From IMG/VR virus record IMGVR_UViG_3300034190_002401, positions 1-64,000 of that record: 64,000 nucleotides of DNA; one strand, given 5' to 3'. The first letter of the stretch is position 1. Every line of letters starts with the position of its first letter. The notes beneath the pieces were generated by a model. The model worked only from the letters and a program-made list of their open reading frames with translations. It searched no databases and was not told where the DNA came from. Source of the stretch: a virus. The position numbers and the translations under genes were made by a program. Below, in pieces: positions 30,430 to 40,717 of the stretch.

Positions 30430-31908
30430 TCAGGGTATTAACCACCCTCCGCCGGACTGTTCCTTCCCGCCGAACATGCTGTCGAAGCCCGGCATATAAT
30501 CATCTAGGAGGACAACCGTTCCTTTGAACTCCTTTGATGCCCAATTAGCGAGTGCCAAACTCATCGCTAAGTCGTCATGAACACCCACGCTCTCAAGCCT
30601 GCCGTTCTTCTGCATGCCGAATCTGTTTAACTGACTCTCAACCTCATGTGTGTACTTCCTGCTTCTCTCGTCGCCGTATGGTAGTTTGATGTGCCCCTGC
30701 TCGAATGCTAGTAGTAGGGACATGAAGAGTGATTCCTTCTTTGCTCTGGTAGTCATGAAGACACGGATTGGCATGTCTGCCGCCATCTCCCTCATCTCCT
30801 GCTCAAGCATCCTCTGGAAGTTGTTACCCTCAAGTTCTATCAATTCTGGACTGAACTTGTTGTTGAGCATGACCATCATCCTCTTCTGAGCCATTGAGGA
30901 CATACCACGCTCGTGTACGACGTGCACTATCTGCTTGAACTCCTCATCTGGAATCTGCCTCATGACAGTCATCGCTGTGAAGTCAGCGTTCTTGTCGGAG
31001 GATATGGCCGGGTCGTGTCCTATGAAGTGCTGACCGAACACACCGTCAGGCTCTCCCTCCTCGTTGTAGTTGGTCTCAGCCCTGTCTATCAGGGTGAGTT
31101 CGTTGTCCCTAGCGGCCTCCAGTATGTCCATCGGGAACATACTCGCCACGTCGTGGATAGGCTCGCACAGATACTCACGGCTGAATTGTATGGCTGGCAT
31201 GGAAAGCCTTCTCTGTTCCAGCGCTTCTATGTTCCAACGCTCAGGCCAGAGTGCTACACCTTCGGCGTTTATCGCAGGGAAGGTCTCCACACGGAAGGTC
31301 TCCTTCTGCTCCAATTCCGCATACAGGTCGTTGTAACTGAATGGAGTTCCTACCATCATGAGTTTGCTGCTGTGGTGGAGAACAGGGAGCAGTACACCGT
31401 AGAACCAGTCTGCTGTCCTCTGTAGTTCAGTACCGCTAGTGCCCCACAGGATATCGTCGCATACAACCACGTCAGGGTGGAAACCACGAGTAGCACCACC
31501 GACCGACTTGGCCATGATACGAGAGCCGTTGGAGAACTCGAAGTACGATTTAGCCCAAGGTCTGCCCTCTGGTATCAGACCACGAAGGCAATCGGTCCTG
31601 TCGATGTTGCTTTTTATGAAGCGCATGTGCTCAAGCGTCTGCTCAAGGGAGTGTGAGAAAATCATGATGTGCTTGCCGGGATTGAATGCAGCAAGCCACA
31701 ATGCATAGGACATGAAGAACACGGACTTGCCGTGGTCACGAGATGCCTTCACGCAGTAGTACTGCGATTCCTCAAGCCCGTCCTTCCAAGATTGGTGATG
31801 ACCGCTGAAGAGGAAACCGAGTATGTCAACGAAGAAGTACTCGAATGACTTCCTGCACATCTCCTTGTCCATCTGGATGATGAAGTCATCCATCGACTCG
31901 TCACTCAT
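30430..31908 (-). CDS. terL: Terminase large subunit
   Basis: Walker A SRDHGKS, Walker B VVVCDD, GTP coupling motif, nuclease motifs GHDPA and HDDLAMS. Confidence 0.95.
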   Translation of the reverse strand: MSDESMDDFIIQMDKEMCRKSFEYFFVDILGFLFSGHHQSWKDGLEESQYYCVKASRDHGKSVFFMSYALWLAAFNPGKHIMIFSHSLEQTLEHMRFIKSNIDRTDCLRGLIPEGRPWAKSYFEFSNGSRIMAKSVGGATRGFHPDVVVCDDILWGTSGTELQRTADWFYGVLLPVLHHSSKLMMVGTPFSYNDLYAELEQKETFRVETFPAINAEGVALWPERWNIEALEQRRLSMPAIQFSREYLCEPIHDVASMFPMDILEAARDNELTLIDRAETNYNEEGEPDGVFGQHFIGHDPAISSDKNADFTAMTVMRQIPDEEFKQIVHVVHERGMSSMAQKRMMVMLNNKFSPELIELEGNNFQRMLEQEMREMAADMPIRVFMTTRAKKESLFMSLLLAFEQGHIKLPYGDERSRKYTHEVESQLNRFGMQKNGRLESVGVHDDLAMSLALANWASKEFKGTVVLLDDYMPGFDSMFGGKEQSGGGWLIP

Positions 31909-32873
31909 CGCATCACCGACTTCAATAACATAAAAGCCAGTTCCATCGGTTCTCCTGCGTTTTTCATATTATTCTGATAACCAAAATAACCAGCAGCGCC
32001 CTGTGCATCCATCTCAGCAACAAGGTCTTCAGGTGGTACTTGATTCGGGTCTACCGCCGCTTTTGCAGGAACACCAATTTGAGAAGAGCCGACTTTAGCA
32101 TTCTGTGTTTGAAGAGGGGTTTGTTCGACCCCCGGTAGCATCTGACCCATCTGTTCCATGGTCATGGTAGGCACTCCGGCAGAGCCGGTTGGTGTCTGGT
32201 AAACTTGGTCAGCATATGACTGTCCTGCTCTAACATCAGGATTAGGAGCGACATTTTGCAGCATTGATGGGTCTACGTTGCCTAGTCCTGCTGCTCCAAG
32301 ACCGGTAGGTGCTGCTGGTGCTGCTGGGTTGAACATATTTCTCTGTATACCCTTTTGACCTGATACCACTTGATTACCTCCGGGCATGGGTGTGCCGTAT
32401 ATTCCCAGTTGGAAGTTTTCTGGTATGTTGAAGTCCGGCGAGGCGGCAGGTTGTGCTGCTCTTTCTCTACGTACTGCTACTTGAGTATCATAATGCTGCG
32501 GAGGGGCAACATTACCACCGGGTGGCATTTGGGCGTTGAACGCTTCCATTCCCATTCGATTTGCCCTTTCTAACTTCTTTTTCTCTTTGTGCTGTTCTCT
32601 AGCCTCAACACCAGAATCTATGGTTTTACCTGCTCCGAGATAAGTACCTACACCACGACCAGCAGCCGTTTGTGCTGCGCTGAATGCATCCTGCTGGTTC
32701 TCGCTTGCATCTGCTAGGGATGTCAGTGCTGAAAGTCCACCGAGAGCACCACCTACAATTTTTCCGGGTTTGGTCTTAACTCTGAATAGGTCTTGGAGTG
32801 CTTGTCCCCCGTAGGCGTTTGCTAGAGATGTCATAGCACTAGGGGACTTGACCAGAACCTTGCCTTTCTTCAT
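31905..32873 (-). CDS. Gly/Ala/Gln-rich putative internal virion protein
   Basis: TGATG-coupled start (MKKGKVLVKS); Gly-zipper-like segment; C-terminal EPMELAFMLLKS. Confidence 0.6.
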   Translation of the reverse strand: MKKGKVLVKSPSAMTSLANAYGGQALQDLFRVKTKPGKIVGGALGGLSALTSLADASENQQDAFSAAQTAAGRGVGTYLGAGKTIDSGVEAREQHKEKKKLERANRMGMEAFNAQMPPGGNVAPPQHYDTQVAVRRERAAQPAASPDFNIPENFQLGIYGTPMPGGNQVVSGQKGIQRNMFNPAAPAAPTGLGAAGLGNVDPSMLQNVAPNPDVRAGQSYADQVYQTPTGSAGVPTMTMEQMGQMLPGVEQTPLQTQNAKVGSSQIGVPAKAAVDPNQVPPEDLVAEMDAQGAAGYFGYQNNMKNAGEPMELAFMLLKSVMR

Positions 32874-35113
32874 CACTCTCCCCCCAGTGTGACCTTGACC
32901 ACCTTGACTACTGATGGTTTGATTTTGTATGCCTTGGCAATCCTGTCCCAATCGCCCTTGCTGTTGGATATGGTTCTGACATCCTGCTTGGTGATACCGA
33001 GTTTCATGGCGAGGAATGACACGTCATCCTCCTTGTTGGCACTCAACTTCTCCTTGGGCATCTGCTTGAGCACAGCCACGTCCCTTTTAGCCTCAAGCAT
33101 CTGGACTCTTTCCATTGCTTTCACCAGTCTGTCTTCGATGGATAGTGTATCGAAACTGGTTGCCACTGGGAAGGAGTCAGTCAACTTTGTTTGATAAGGG
33201 CTTTGTGAAGCACCAAAAGTTTTGACTGCTTCCATGAGTTTTTGCCTTTGCTGCTCGTCAAGAGAAAGAGGGTCTACTGGTTGCTTACCAGTCTGTTGGA
33301 AATACGATGGAAGACCGAACATTGGCTCTTTTTGCATTCTTCTGGATATAGCCTCTCCTACTTTCTTCCGGTATTCGTCATCCATACTAGCGAAATCAGG
33401 TGGTGCTGCTTCGGGTTGTGCTTCTGGTTTCGCCATCGGCTCTGAGTCGTCTGCCGCTAGCGGAGAGTCGTATGCCTCTGTCATTGCGCTCGGCACGAAG
33501 TAGTTCTGCATGTGCTCAGGCAGTGGTCTGTTGACATCGAGGTGACCATCTAGATACTTGGGGACTAGACCGGGAGCGGCCTCGCCTGACACAGGTGCGA
33601 ACTCACGCACCGTGCCACCGTGACCCAATGTGACGAGAGAACCTAAGAGGGAGAACATGTCTTTCTGACTCTGAGAGGTCTCATGAGCAGGCTCTTCTTG
33701 GGCGAAGTTAGTGAGAGCGTCTAAACTTCCTATGACACCTGAGAGTGCGAGGAACTCGGCTGCTGGCATATGAACCGCCTTGCCCTTCTTCTCGTGAGTT
33801 CCCAGAGTGTTACCGGCAGTGACCCTCTCCATTGCGTTGTCGAACATCTGCTGTCCTTGCCCCTTCAAATCGGGGTGTCCTATCAGGGTATCTTTGAGAG
33901 TATTCACCAACTTATTGACACGTGATGTCTTCTGAGCGGGGTTGCCGAGCATGAATTGAAGAGCATCAGGACTCATGGCCATCTGGTCTATCAAATTATC
34001 AAGTTTGGGAAACTTCTTTCCAAATCTAGTCTCCTCGTATATCTCCCTGACTGTAGGTCCTTCAACAGGACCTGATGGGTCTTGTCTCGTGAATATGGGA
34101 ACGTCTAGCATCTCGGTGTTGTTCTTGTTGAGATTGGAGACAATCGCTGGTAGCAATTTTAACATGTATTCACGATAGTTTTCTTTCTTTATATTAGTGC
34201 CACCCGGATTCTTTACTCCCTCTCCATATTCGGGAAGAGGATTGAAGATGTCAAGAGGCATGTGTTGAATCATCTCCCAGTTGTGAACGTTGTCGTGCAC
34301 CACATCACCTACGGATGAGTGTCCCAGCATCTCCCTGAACTCAGGTGGTAGTGTCATGTCATCTGCTAGGTTCTCACCGACCACGCCTCTCAGTCTCCTA
34401 GTGTTGGGGGATATGTGCCTGCCTGAGATGTAGCCATGCGTGATTCCCTCATCGAAGTTTGATTTGTAGTTGAAGTCCTCCTTGAGAGTATTATGTAGAT
34501 AGGGTGCGAATGGTATCCTGTACGACTCAGGGTGCTGTGCTAGACCCTGCTTGGAGTGCTTGAGACGGGCATCGCTGCTCATGTTGAGGTTGATGAAAGT
34601 GCCACCCTTGCCACGAGCGGAGAACTGGTTCGCCTGCTCTGTAGTTTTCGGACTGGAGAAATCACCCTTGGTCAGCCTCCTCCATTCTGGTGACATGATG
34701 TCCTCAGGCAGGCTCTGGTTCTTCGCATCCTGATGGTCTTCGTTGTAGTCGCCTATCGCATCGCTGATTATCTCCCTAGCGAGTTTACCATTGCCGACTA
34801 TCTTGGACACCTTCGCTATCAGTGCGTCGATTCCGTGTCGGTGCTCGTTGCCGTGTATGTCGGTGTAGACGTGCTCGCCATCAGCCCCCATTCCCCAATC
34901 TCCCTCTGCTGCCCTGTCACCGTATCTGGCGTTCTTGGGGAGGTCGTATCCCATGTCATTGGTGGGGTTGAGGTCGTGGTACTGGTCTGGGTGAGTGTCT
35001 CCTAAGAACACCAACTCACCAGTGAGAGGGTCAACGGTGTACGTTCCCTCTCCCTTTCTGAGCATGCCACTTGCGAGTAAGGCATGTGTGACGGATTTGA
35101 AAAGCAGGCTCAT
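32873..35113 (-). CDS. 746-aa hypothetical (putative internal virion) protein
   Basis: Long coupled ORF with possible C-terminal HTH-like segment. Confidence 0.7.
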   Translation of the reverse strand: MSLLFKSVTHALLASGMLRKGEGTYTVDPLTGELVFLGDTHPDQYHDLNPTNDMGYDLPKNARYGDRAAEGDWGMGADGEHVYTDIHGNEHRHGIDALIAKVSKIVGNGKLAREIISDAIGDYNEDHQDAKNQSLPEDIMSPEWRRLTKGDFSSPKTTEQANQFSARGKGGTFINLNMSSDARLKHSKQGLAQHPESYRIPFAPYLHNTLKEDFNYKSNFDEGITHGYISGRHISPNTRRLRGVVGENLADDMTLPPEFREMLGHSSVGDVVHDNVHNWEMIQHMPLDIFNPLPEYGEGVKNPGGTNIKKENYREYMLKLLPAIVSNLNKNNTEMLDVPIFTRQDPSGPVEGPTVREIYEETRFGKKFPKLDNLIDQMAMSPDALQFMLGNPAQKTSRVNKLVNTLKDTLIGHPDLKGQGQQMFDNAMERVTAGNTLGTHEKKGKAVHMPAAEFLALSGVIGSLDALTNFAQEEPAHETSQSQKDMFSLLGSLVTLGHGGTVREFAPVSGEAAPGLVPKYLDGHLDVNRPLPEHMQNYFVPSAMTEAYDSPLAADDSEPMAKPEAQPEAAPPDFASMDDEYRKKVGEAISRRMQKEPMFGLPSYFQQTGKQPVDPLSLDEQQRQKLMEAVKTFGASQSPYQTKLTDSFPVATSFDTLSIEDRLVKAMERVQMLEAKRDVAVLKQMPKEKLSANKEDDVSFLAMKLGITKQDVRTISNSKGDWDRIAKAYKIKPSVVKVVKVTLGGE

Positions 35114-36429
35114 GCTGTTCGACCCGCCCTGCTGGTGTAGATACCAACAGGGTCAGCACCATGCATCTCCTCTTCCTCTATGTTCTCTGTTGGTCCATTG
35201 GGTTTGCTGGTCTGGTCTCTTGAGTTAGAGGGGTGTTTTGGTAGATTAGAACCACCACCTGAAGTGTCCTTGTCTCCCTTCCCTTTCTTCTTGTTCTCCT
35301 TCCTGTCAAGTAGCCTTGCCACCTTTTGTGCGAGTATCCTCAGTTCCTGCTTGTCTCCCCATGTCGTCTTTCGACTCTTGCCTATCATCGACATTGATTG
35401 ATTAGACATTCTAGGGGAGAAGGATTGTGTAGAGCCACCCATGTTGAGATGCGGCATACCACTGATTCTAGGTGGTACTATTGGAGGAGCACGGTGTGGT
35501 TTCAGTCTAGGTCTTGGGACTTTCGGCCTCATCTCACCCGGTAGTTTGGATTGGATTGTACCTGCACCGGTCTCACCTGCCTTGTACGACCTAGGGTTCT
35601 TCGGATTGGGTGTTGACTCTGTGACTCTGACGTTTCCTGTTCTTTTCCTACCACCTTGAGCACCCATGTAACTCCTGTATGCACCGGGGTCTTTGCTCAT
35701 CGGTTGTTTGGTTGCGATGGCTCTGTGTTCCATCTCGACGGAGAGTGGCGCTTGCATCATTCCTCTTTTCTTGCCTCTCGTGACACCTCTTCTCTTGGCC
35801 TTGTACGAACGCTCGGTGGCGTTGATACCACCACTCATCCCTCCCGGTCCTGTCTTGAACTGCCCTGTGCTGGGCTTGAACTTCTTTCTCCTCTCCTGCA
35901 CCGCTTCCTTGTCGTCTGCTCTACCTGACTCACTGAGTGGTCTGAGCATAGCGGTATCCGCATTCTCACCGAATGACTTGAGCAATGAGGACCAAGCATT
36001 CTCCATTGGTTCACTTGTGAATACCGGGTGGCCGTATGCCGCTCCCGGTCCTTTTGCCTGATTTGCTAAACTGGTCATGAACCCACCATTGCCGGGCGGT
36101 CCAGTGAATGCGTTGATTTCTCCCTCGTTCGTCAATCTACCTGACAGGCTTCTGGGGTCTTCTTCGGTATCGTCTCTCGTTTCTGATGGGTCGTCCTTGA
36201 ATTGTTGGAGCATAGCAGGTGTGACCTTGACGTGTTTTCTGTTCTTGAGTTTCTTCTCCTGCATGTCCTGCTCCTTCTGCTTCTTCTCCTTCTCAGCATC
36301 TAGATACTCAGGGTCACCGGGGTTGTAGCGACTCTCGTATCCATCGTTGTACCTGAACATCGTGGATGATTCGCTTCTTGAGTTGTATAGTCTGGTATCG
36401 CTACCACGACCCATCATTCCCTCGGTCAT
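35110..36429 (-). CDS. Basic, disordered hypothetical protein
   Basis: 439 aa, K/R/G/P-rich, contains EPMENAWSSLLKS. Confidence 0.7.
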   Translation of the reverse strand: MTEGMMGRGSDTRLYNSRSESSTMFRYNDGYESRYNPGDPEYLDAEKEKKQKEQDMQEKKLKNRKHVKVTPAMLQQFKDDPSETRDDTEEDPRSLSGRLTNEGEINAFTGPPGNGGFMTSLANQAKGPGAAYGHPVFTSEPMENAWSSLLKSFGENADTAMLRPLSESGRADDKEAVQERRKKFKPSTGQFKTGPGGMSGGINATERSYKAKRRGVTRGKKRGMMQAPLSVEMEHRAIATKQPMSKDPGAYRSYMGAQGGRKRTGNVRVTESTPNPKNPRSYKAGETGAGTIQSKLPGEMRPKVPRPRLKPHRAPPIVPPRISGMPHLNMGGSTQSFSPRMSNQSMSMIGKSRKTTWGDKQELRILAQKVARLLDRKENKKKGKGDKDTSGGGSNLPKHPSNSRDQTSKPNGPTENIEEEEMHGADPVGIYTSRAGRTA

Positions 36430-36845
36430 ATCGCCTCAGTCTCCCCCATCATGGAGTTAGCGGTCTGTGATATAGCATCTGATAGTTCGATGTAAAACGA
36501 CTTGACGAATGGCGGGTTGGTGAAGCACTTGCCCATTCTCCTGCATTCGTCCTCGAAGAGCGGTAGTAGTGATTTGAGATTGTCCCTCACTGGCCAAACC
36601 GTCACTGGGTCGTCATCCTCAGATAGGGTCTTCAAAGCATCCACTATGTCATTGAGGAACGATGAGTACTCAAGGTTGCCATATGAATCTCGATTGACGT
36701 AGAACTTGAATCTCTTGTACACCAAAGTGGCGTAGTCTAGTAGTACGGGTAGTTCGTTTTCATTGATTACCCTACCATTCTTGATGAGTCTGTAGCCCGG
36801 ATGGGACATCTGTAGTAAATCAGTAATTACTATTCTCTGCTCCAT
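36426..36845 (-). CDS. Hypothetical protein
   Basis: 139 aa with GAGGTGG SD. Confidence 0.65.
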   Translation of the reverse strand: MEQRIVITDLLQMSHPGYRLIKNGRVINENELPVLLDYATLVYKRFKFYVNRDSYGNLEYSSFLNDIVDALKTLSEDDDPVTVWPVRDNLKSLLPLFEDECRRMGKCFTNPPFVKSFYIELSDAISQTANSMMGETEAI

Positions 36846-36854
36846 CTCCCCACC

Positions 36855-37532
36855 TCACTCGCCTTGCTGTTCCAATAACTGCTCTTTAATCCTCTTCCAA
36901 CTATCAGGGCTTTCCTTTGCTAATTCGACTTTTAGTATGTTAAACGTCTGGTTGATTTGAGTACCATCACTGTCTGCCCCCCAACTGTCATTTAACTTCA
37001 CTAGGTCTTTGATGCTCTCCCTCACCTCTTTGTGTAGTTTCACTGCATCACCGACGAAACCATCTTCATGCACACTACCGTAATCTAACAACTCATTGAA
37101 CTTGTCGTTGAGTTTCTCAACATTAGTACGGAGAACATTGACTTCTTGACCTAGAGTGATAGCGACCTCGAATGCTGCTGCCTTCTTGACGAGAGGCTGG
37201 AAGTGGTGTTTCATGTGGTGATAGACGGAGTTCTCAGAGCATCCAATGACTTCTGCTATATCCTCACTAGGCAGTATACCCTCGAAGTATCCTGTCTCGA
37301 ACTCCCCTCTCCTGTCATGTGTGCAAACCACACAGGAATGGTTGGAATCCATGTGATACTCACCCATGTGATTCTTGAAGTGACGGTCTGCTGTATTGGC
37401 CCTCCAATTCATGTCTTTATCCAGTTGCTTACAACTGATTTCACCGTTCAAGAGAGACTGTTCTAGTTGCTCTCTATCATCAGATTGGCAAAAGGCGCAG
37501 GACCTCTTGACCACTCGCTCTCGCTCGGTCAC
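36855..37532 (-). CDS. Tandem CxxC-HTH-HxxxH protein; candidate terminase small subunit
   Basis: Two internal repeats plus coiled coil; first gene of the run leading to terL. Confidence 0.45.
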   Translation of the reverse strand: MTERERVVKRSCAFCQSDDREQLEQSLLNGEISCKQLDKDMNWRANTADRHFKNHMGEYHMDSNHSCVVCTHDRRGEFETGYFEGILPSEDIAEVIGCSENSVYHHMKHHFQPLVKKAAAFEVAITLGQEVNVLRTNVEKLNDKFNELLDYGSVHEDGFVGDAVKLHKEVRESIKDLVKLNDSWGADSDGTQINQTFNILKVELAKESPDSWKRIKEQLLEQQGE

Positions 37533-37580
37533 GAGTGACCGGAGGTATAATCACCAAATGAACGTTGTTGATTTATAGAT

Positions 37581-37847
37581 TTACATCCGACTTATTCTGG
37601 TGTATATCGTAGTCAGTCCCATCATGGAGATAAATATCGCAATCATAGCCATTGAAGCATCAGTTTGACTGATGTCAGAGGCCTTGAAGACCAAAACGAA
37701 AAGCATGACGAGTATTGCGCTGATGAGTTGAATCATCACCATGTCGATAATGACGCTTCTCTTGTGGGAGAACATGTTTAACGACAAGTTGGCCACTTGG
37801 TTCGGCACTCCTAGGGGAAGCGAACCTCTGCTAGGTCCTGACATCAT
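37581..37847 (-). CDS. Small 2-TM membrane protein
   Basis: Two hydrophobic segments of about 20 aa. Confidence 0.7.
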   Translation of the reverse strand: MMSGPSRGSLPLGVPNQVANLSLNMFSHKRSVIIDMVMIQLISAILVMLFVLVFKASDISQTDASMAMIAIFISMMGLTTIYTRISRM

Positions 37848-38485
37848 ACTCTACCCCCGAATAGTGCTCTGTTGATGAAACCACCAGTGGCTTGTCCTAC
37901 CGATTCCATCATACCGGGGTCTGCTAATGCTGTGTTCAACATACCCTGCATGAGAGATTGGTCAGCCATCTGTAGTATCTGCTGTCTCTCAGCCTCAGCC
38001 TTCTGTATTATCTGCATGGATGTATTCTGTAGACTGTTTAGTTGTGCTATAATATTCTCAGCACTTAGAGTTTGTAGGTCGCTAGGCATAGAAGTGACAT
38101 CAAGTGAGAGACTACCTGTAGTCTCGTCCATAATGAACTTGGAGTTCTTCAACACGTTGAGAAGCGAGAATGTAGTGATATTCGACAGCATCTCGATGAA
38201 TATAGGCATGTTCTGACTGATGATGAACTTGTCAATTGGTTGAATTGTGTTGAGCATCGAAGCCAGAATCTGAGTTTCCGAAGGTGGGGCTATTGGTGTG
38301 TTGTATTGTTGAGGAGATATACCTGCTCCCCCTAGAATACCACCCATTAGAGGGGAAGTGCCGTATGAATTAGGAGCATACCCGTTTTGCATGGGTTGTT
38401 GACCGAAAGTGTTTGATTGACCAGTGCCTAGACTAAGCGAGGAGGTGTTTTGAGTGCCCCCTAGATTTGAGAGTCCTAATGTCAT
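37844..38485 (-). CDS. Gln/Ser/Gly-rich helical protein
   Basis: 213-aa coupled ORF. Confidence 0.7.
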   Translation of the reverse strand: MTLGLSNLGGTQNTSSLSLGTGQSNTFGQQPMQNGYAPNSYGTSPLMGGILGGAGISPQQYNTPIAPPSETQILASMLNTIQPIDKFIISQNMPIFIEMLSNITTFSLLNVLKNSKFIMDETTGSLSLDVTSMPSDLQTLSAENIIAQLNSLQNTSMQIIQKAEAERQQILQMADQSLMQGMLNTALADPGMMESVGQATGGFINRALFGGRV

Positions 38486-39516
38486 TGTATCACCTCTGCT
38501 GGGTTTGCTGCTGTTGCTATAGTGGGCACTACCGGAGGCGGTGCTTGCATAGTCGCAGCGGGGTTCAGGGTTTGAGCCTGTTGGTTGAGAACTGTATTGA
38601 ACGCTTGTTGTGCTGCTAATTGTTGTTCATGTGCCTCTCTTTGAAACATTCTCATGTCAAATTGCACCATGGTGATGTCATTTGAGCCTGTTTCTGGATT
38701 TGGTATGTGCCATACGTTGATTCCCTTCGTTCTCTGTGAGTCTTTCTCAATCTCTTGGAAGAAAGGCTCGTACTTCTGAACTAAGTCGGGTGCTCTAACC
38801 TCGTTGGATTGCAGTGATGACACTGGTATAGTAACTAGACTGACTCCTTTCTTCACCTTGTCCTTGAATCTGCTAGGTCTCATCTCATCTTCCTTGTCTT
38901 GAGCGTCTTCCCATTTGCAGAGCAGGTGATAGAGATGTAGATGTTCAGGGCAGTATGTACCTTTGAGAGTCTTACCGCTGGTTACTCCACTCCTCGCTAA
39001 GAATGCTTCAGTTTGTCCTGAAATAGGATTCTGCCAGTACATGTCCCAAAGACTTCTACCTGTGTCTTCGTCTGTGATTCTCGCATAGAGGTTGTCATAT
39101 TCTATGAGTTGCTTGCAATCACAACCATCGACAACACAAGTGCCGCTGTCTTTGGTGTATCTGTATGGACTTCCCAACCACCTTCTTGGGTCTAAAACAG
39201 ACCTCCTTGTTGGTTTGAGTAGTCTGTATGCCTGTTTGATGTCTTTTCTTCTGGCTTTGCGAGGGTCAGCGTGATTAGAGGGGTAGAAGTTCACTTTTGG
39301 AACTTCGAGATTCTTCTGTCCTGCTATCTGCTGCATCTGCTGCTGCGCTATTGCTTGTTCCATAATCGCTGCTTGATTAAACTGAGGATTGCCCATTTGG
39401 GCCATGTTCAACATTGCTGCGTCATTCAAATTGCTTAGACTCTGAGTTTGCATCGGAGTTCTTGTTATTGTGCGATACATATTATCGGGTACATCTAAGA
39501 GACCGCCTACCATCAT
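38482..39516 (-). CDS. Gln-rich protein with putative Zn site
   Basis: CVVDGCDC and YCPEH; Q-rich termini. Confidence 0.7.
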   Translation of the reverse strand: MMVGGLLDVPDNMYRTITRTPMQTQSLSNLNDAAMLNMAQMGNPQFNQAAIMEQAIAQQQMQQIAGQKNLEVPKVNFYPSNHADPRKARRKDIKQAYRLLKPTRRSVLDPRRWLGSPYRYTKDSGTCVVDGCDCKQLIEYDNLYARITDEDTGRSLWDMYWQNPISGQTEAFLARSGVTSGKTLKGTYCPEHLHLYHLLCKWEDAQDKEDEMRPSRFKDKVKKGVSLVTIPVSSLQSNEVRAPDLVQKYEPFFQEIEKDSQRTKGINVWHIPNPETGSNDITMVQFDMRMFQREAHEQQLAAQQAFNTVLNQQAQTLNPAATMQAPPPVVPTIATAANPAEVIQ

Positions 39517-39698
39517 TCAACCTCCGCTGGTGTCACATGAATAGACATTTGCCCGTTTTCTGCCGATAAACGCCATTCTAATTTACTTCCAGCAGTCATA
39601 CCAAACTGCTGAACAATCCACATAGGTATAGTAGTTCTAAGTGAGTTACTACCCCCTCCTGTGGGGACGAGTGTTGTGGTAGTCTTACCCTTCGCCAT
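39513..39698 (-). CDS. AbrB/SpoVT-like swapped-hairpin regulator
   Basis: GGSNSLRTTIPMWIVQQFGMTAGSKLEW. Confidence 0.75.
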   Translation of the reverse strand: MAKGKTTTTLVPTGGGSNSLRTTIPMWIVQQFGMTAGSKLEWRLSAENGQMSIHVTPAEVE

Positions 39699-39733
39699 GG
39701 AGGTCGCACACCCTACTACATCAAAAAGGTCAC

Positions 39734-40447
39734 TCAAGAGGTCAAGAGTTCTACTAGGGTTGGTTCAACATTCCAACCCACACGAGTAGCCATGAAAGCA
39801 CGCTTTGTTGGTAACCTTGCTTTCTGCAAGCGAATTAGGTCATCTCTGAAGGGGTCGAATATCTTGTGCTCACCTATTCTGTTCTGCTGCCATAGTTCAG
39901 CAGCCTTCTTGTCGAAGAACCTGTCTGCCTTATTAGCCACTAACATGACCATTCTGGGTGTGTATTTCTTTCCCTTCAATCTGCTTCTGAGAGTTCTATA
40001 TCTGTAGTCTCTCTGGATAAGTCTATCTACAAGATATTTGAAACCAGCAACTTGCTCTGCGCCTTCAGGCCCACCAGCAAAGGCTCTGTCATCAAACACA
40101 AACATGACACATTCCACTTGTCTAGACACCATATCGTCAATCCACAGATTCCAGAATCTCTCTTGACCACCTATGTCTGCTGAGTATACCACTCTCTTTT
40201 CGCCTTGCCAAGATATTCTCTTCCTAGTGGGTTTTGGTAGCATATACCTTGTTAGTAACTTGAAATGTTTGGTTCTCTCATCCTCGTGTATCTCTTCCAT
40301 CTCACCGGGAGTGGTCATATAGCGGTCTAATGTGGTCTTGCCAACCATGCTAGTGCCGTAGATACCGACTTTTCTTGGCTTCCATGAGTTGTAGAGGTGT
40401 TGTCCGTATATGGCTACACCAACGAGTACACTCCCCCCGCCTACCAT
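39734..40447 (-). CDS. Ras-superfamily (Arf/Rab-like) small GTPase
   Basis: G1 GTSMVGKTT, G3 DIGGQ(ERF), G4 NKAD, G5-like MAT; hydrophobic N-terminus. Confidence 0.85.
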   Translation of the reverse strand: MVGGGSVLVGVAIYGQHLYNSWKPRKVGIYGTSMVGKTTLDRYMTTPGEMEEIHEDERTKHFKLLTRYMLPKPTRKRISWQGEKRVVYSADIGGQERFWNLWIDDMVSRQVECVMFVFDDRAFAGGPEGAEQVAGFKYLVDRLIQRDYRYRTLRSRLKGKKYTPRMVMLVANKADRFFDKKAAELWQQNRIGEHKIFDPFRDDLIRLQKARLPTKRAFMATRVGWNVEPTLVELLTS

Positions 40448-40456
40448 TTACTTCAC

Positions 40457-40717
40457 CTAGTTGGGCAATTTAGAGTAGAGCCAATCAGCAAAACCCTCAA
40501 CCTGCTGATATGTCCACTCAACTGTCCAACCCCAAAGCGTGAAATCACTGTATGATTCCATTGCACTAACTGCTAGCGATGCTCCTAGTGCCGCAAGTAT
40601 GGTTCTAAGCCAACCGACACCCCATTCGTAGGTGTTATCAACAGTGTTAGCAAGGTGCATTGCGCGTAGAGTTTCCTCTACAGAGTCGTCTTTTGGAGTC
40701 TTGAATATCCTACCCAT
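40457..40717 (-). CDS. Small membrane protein
   Basis: WLRTILAALGASLAVSAM segment and Trp-rich C-terminus. Confidence 0.7.
   Translation of the reverse strand: MGRIFKTPKDDSVEETLRAMHLANTVDNTYEWGVGWLRTILAALGASLAVSAMESYSDFTLWGWTVEWTYQQVEGFADWLYSKLPN

Noticed and set aside
29198-31908. Intein or intron in terL or portal explaining the LAGLIDADG domain
   Set aside because: Both genes look continuous and of normal length, no intein splice motifs were seen, and the LAGLIDADG ORF is free-standing
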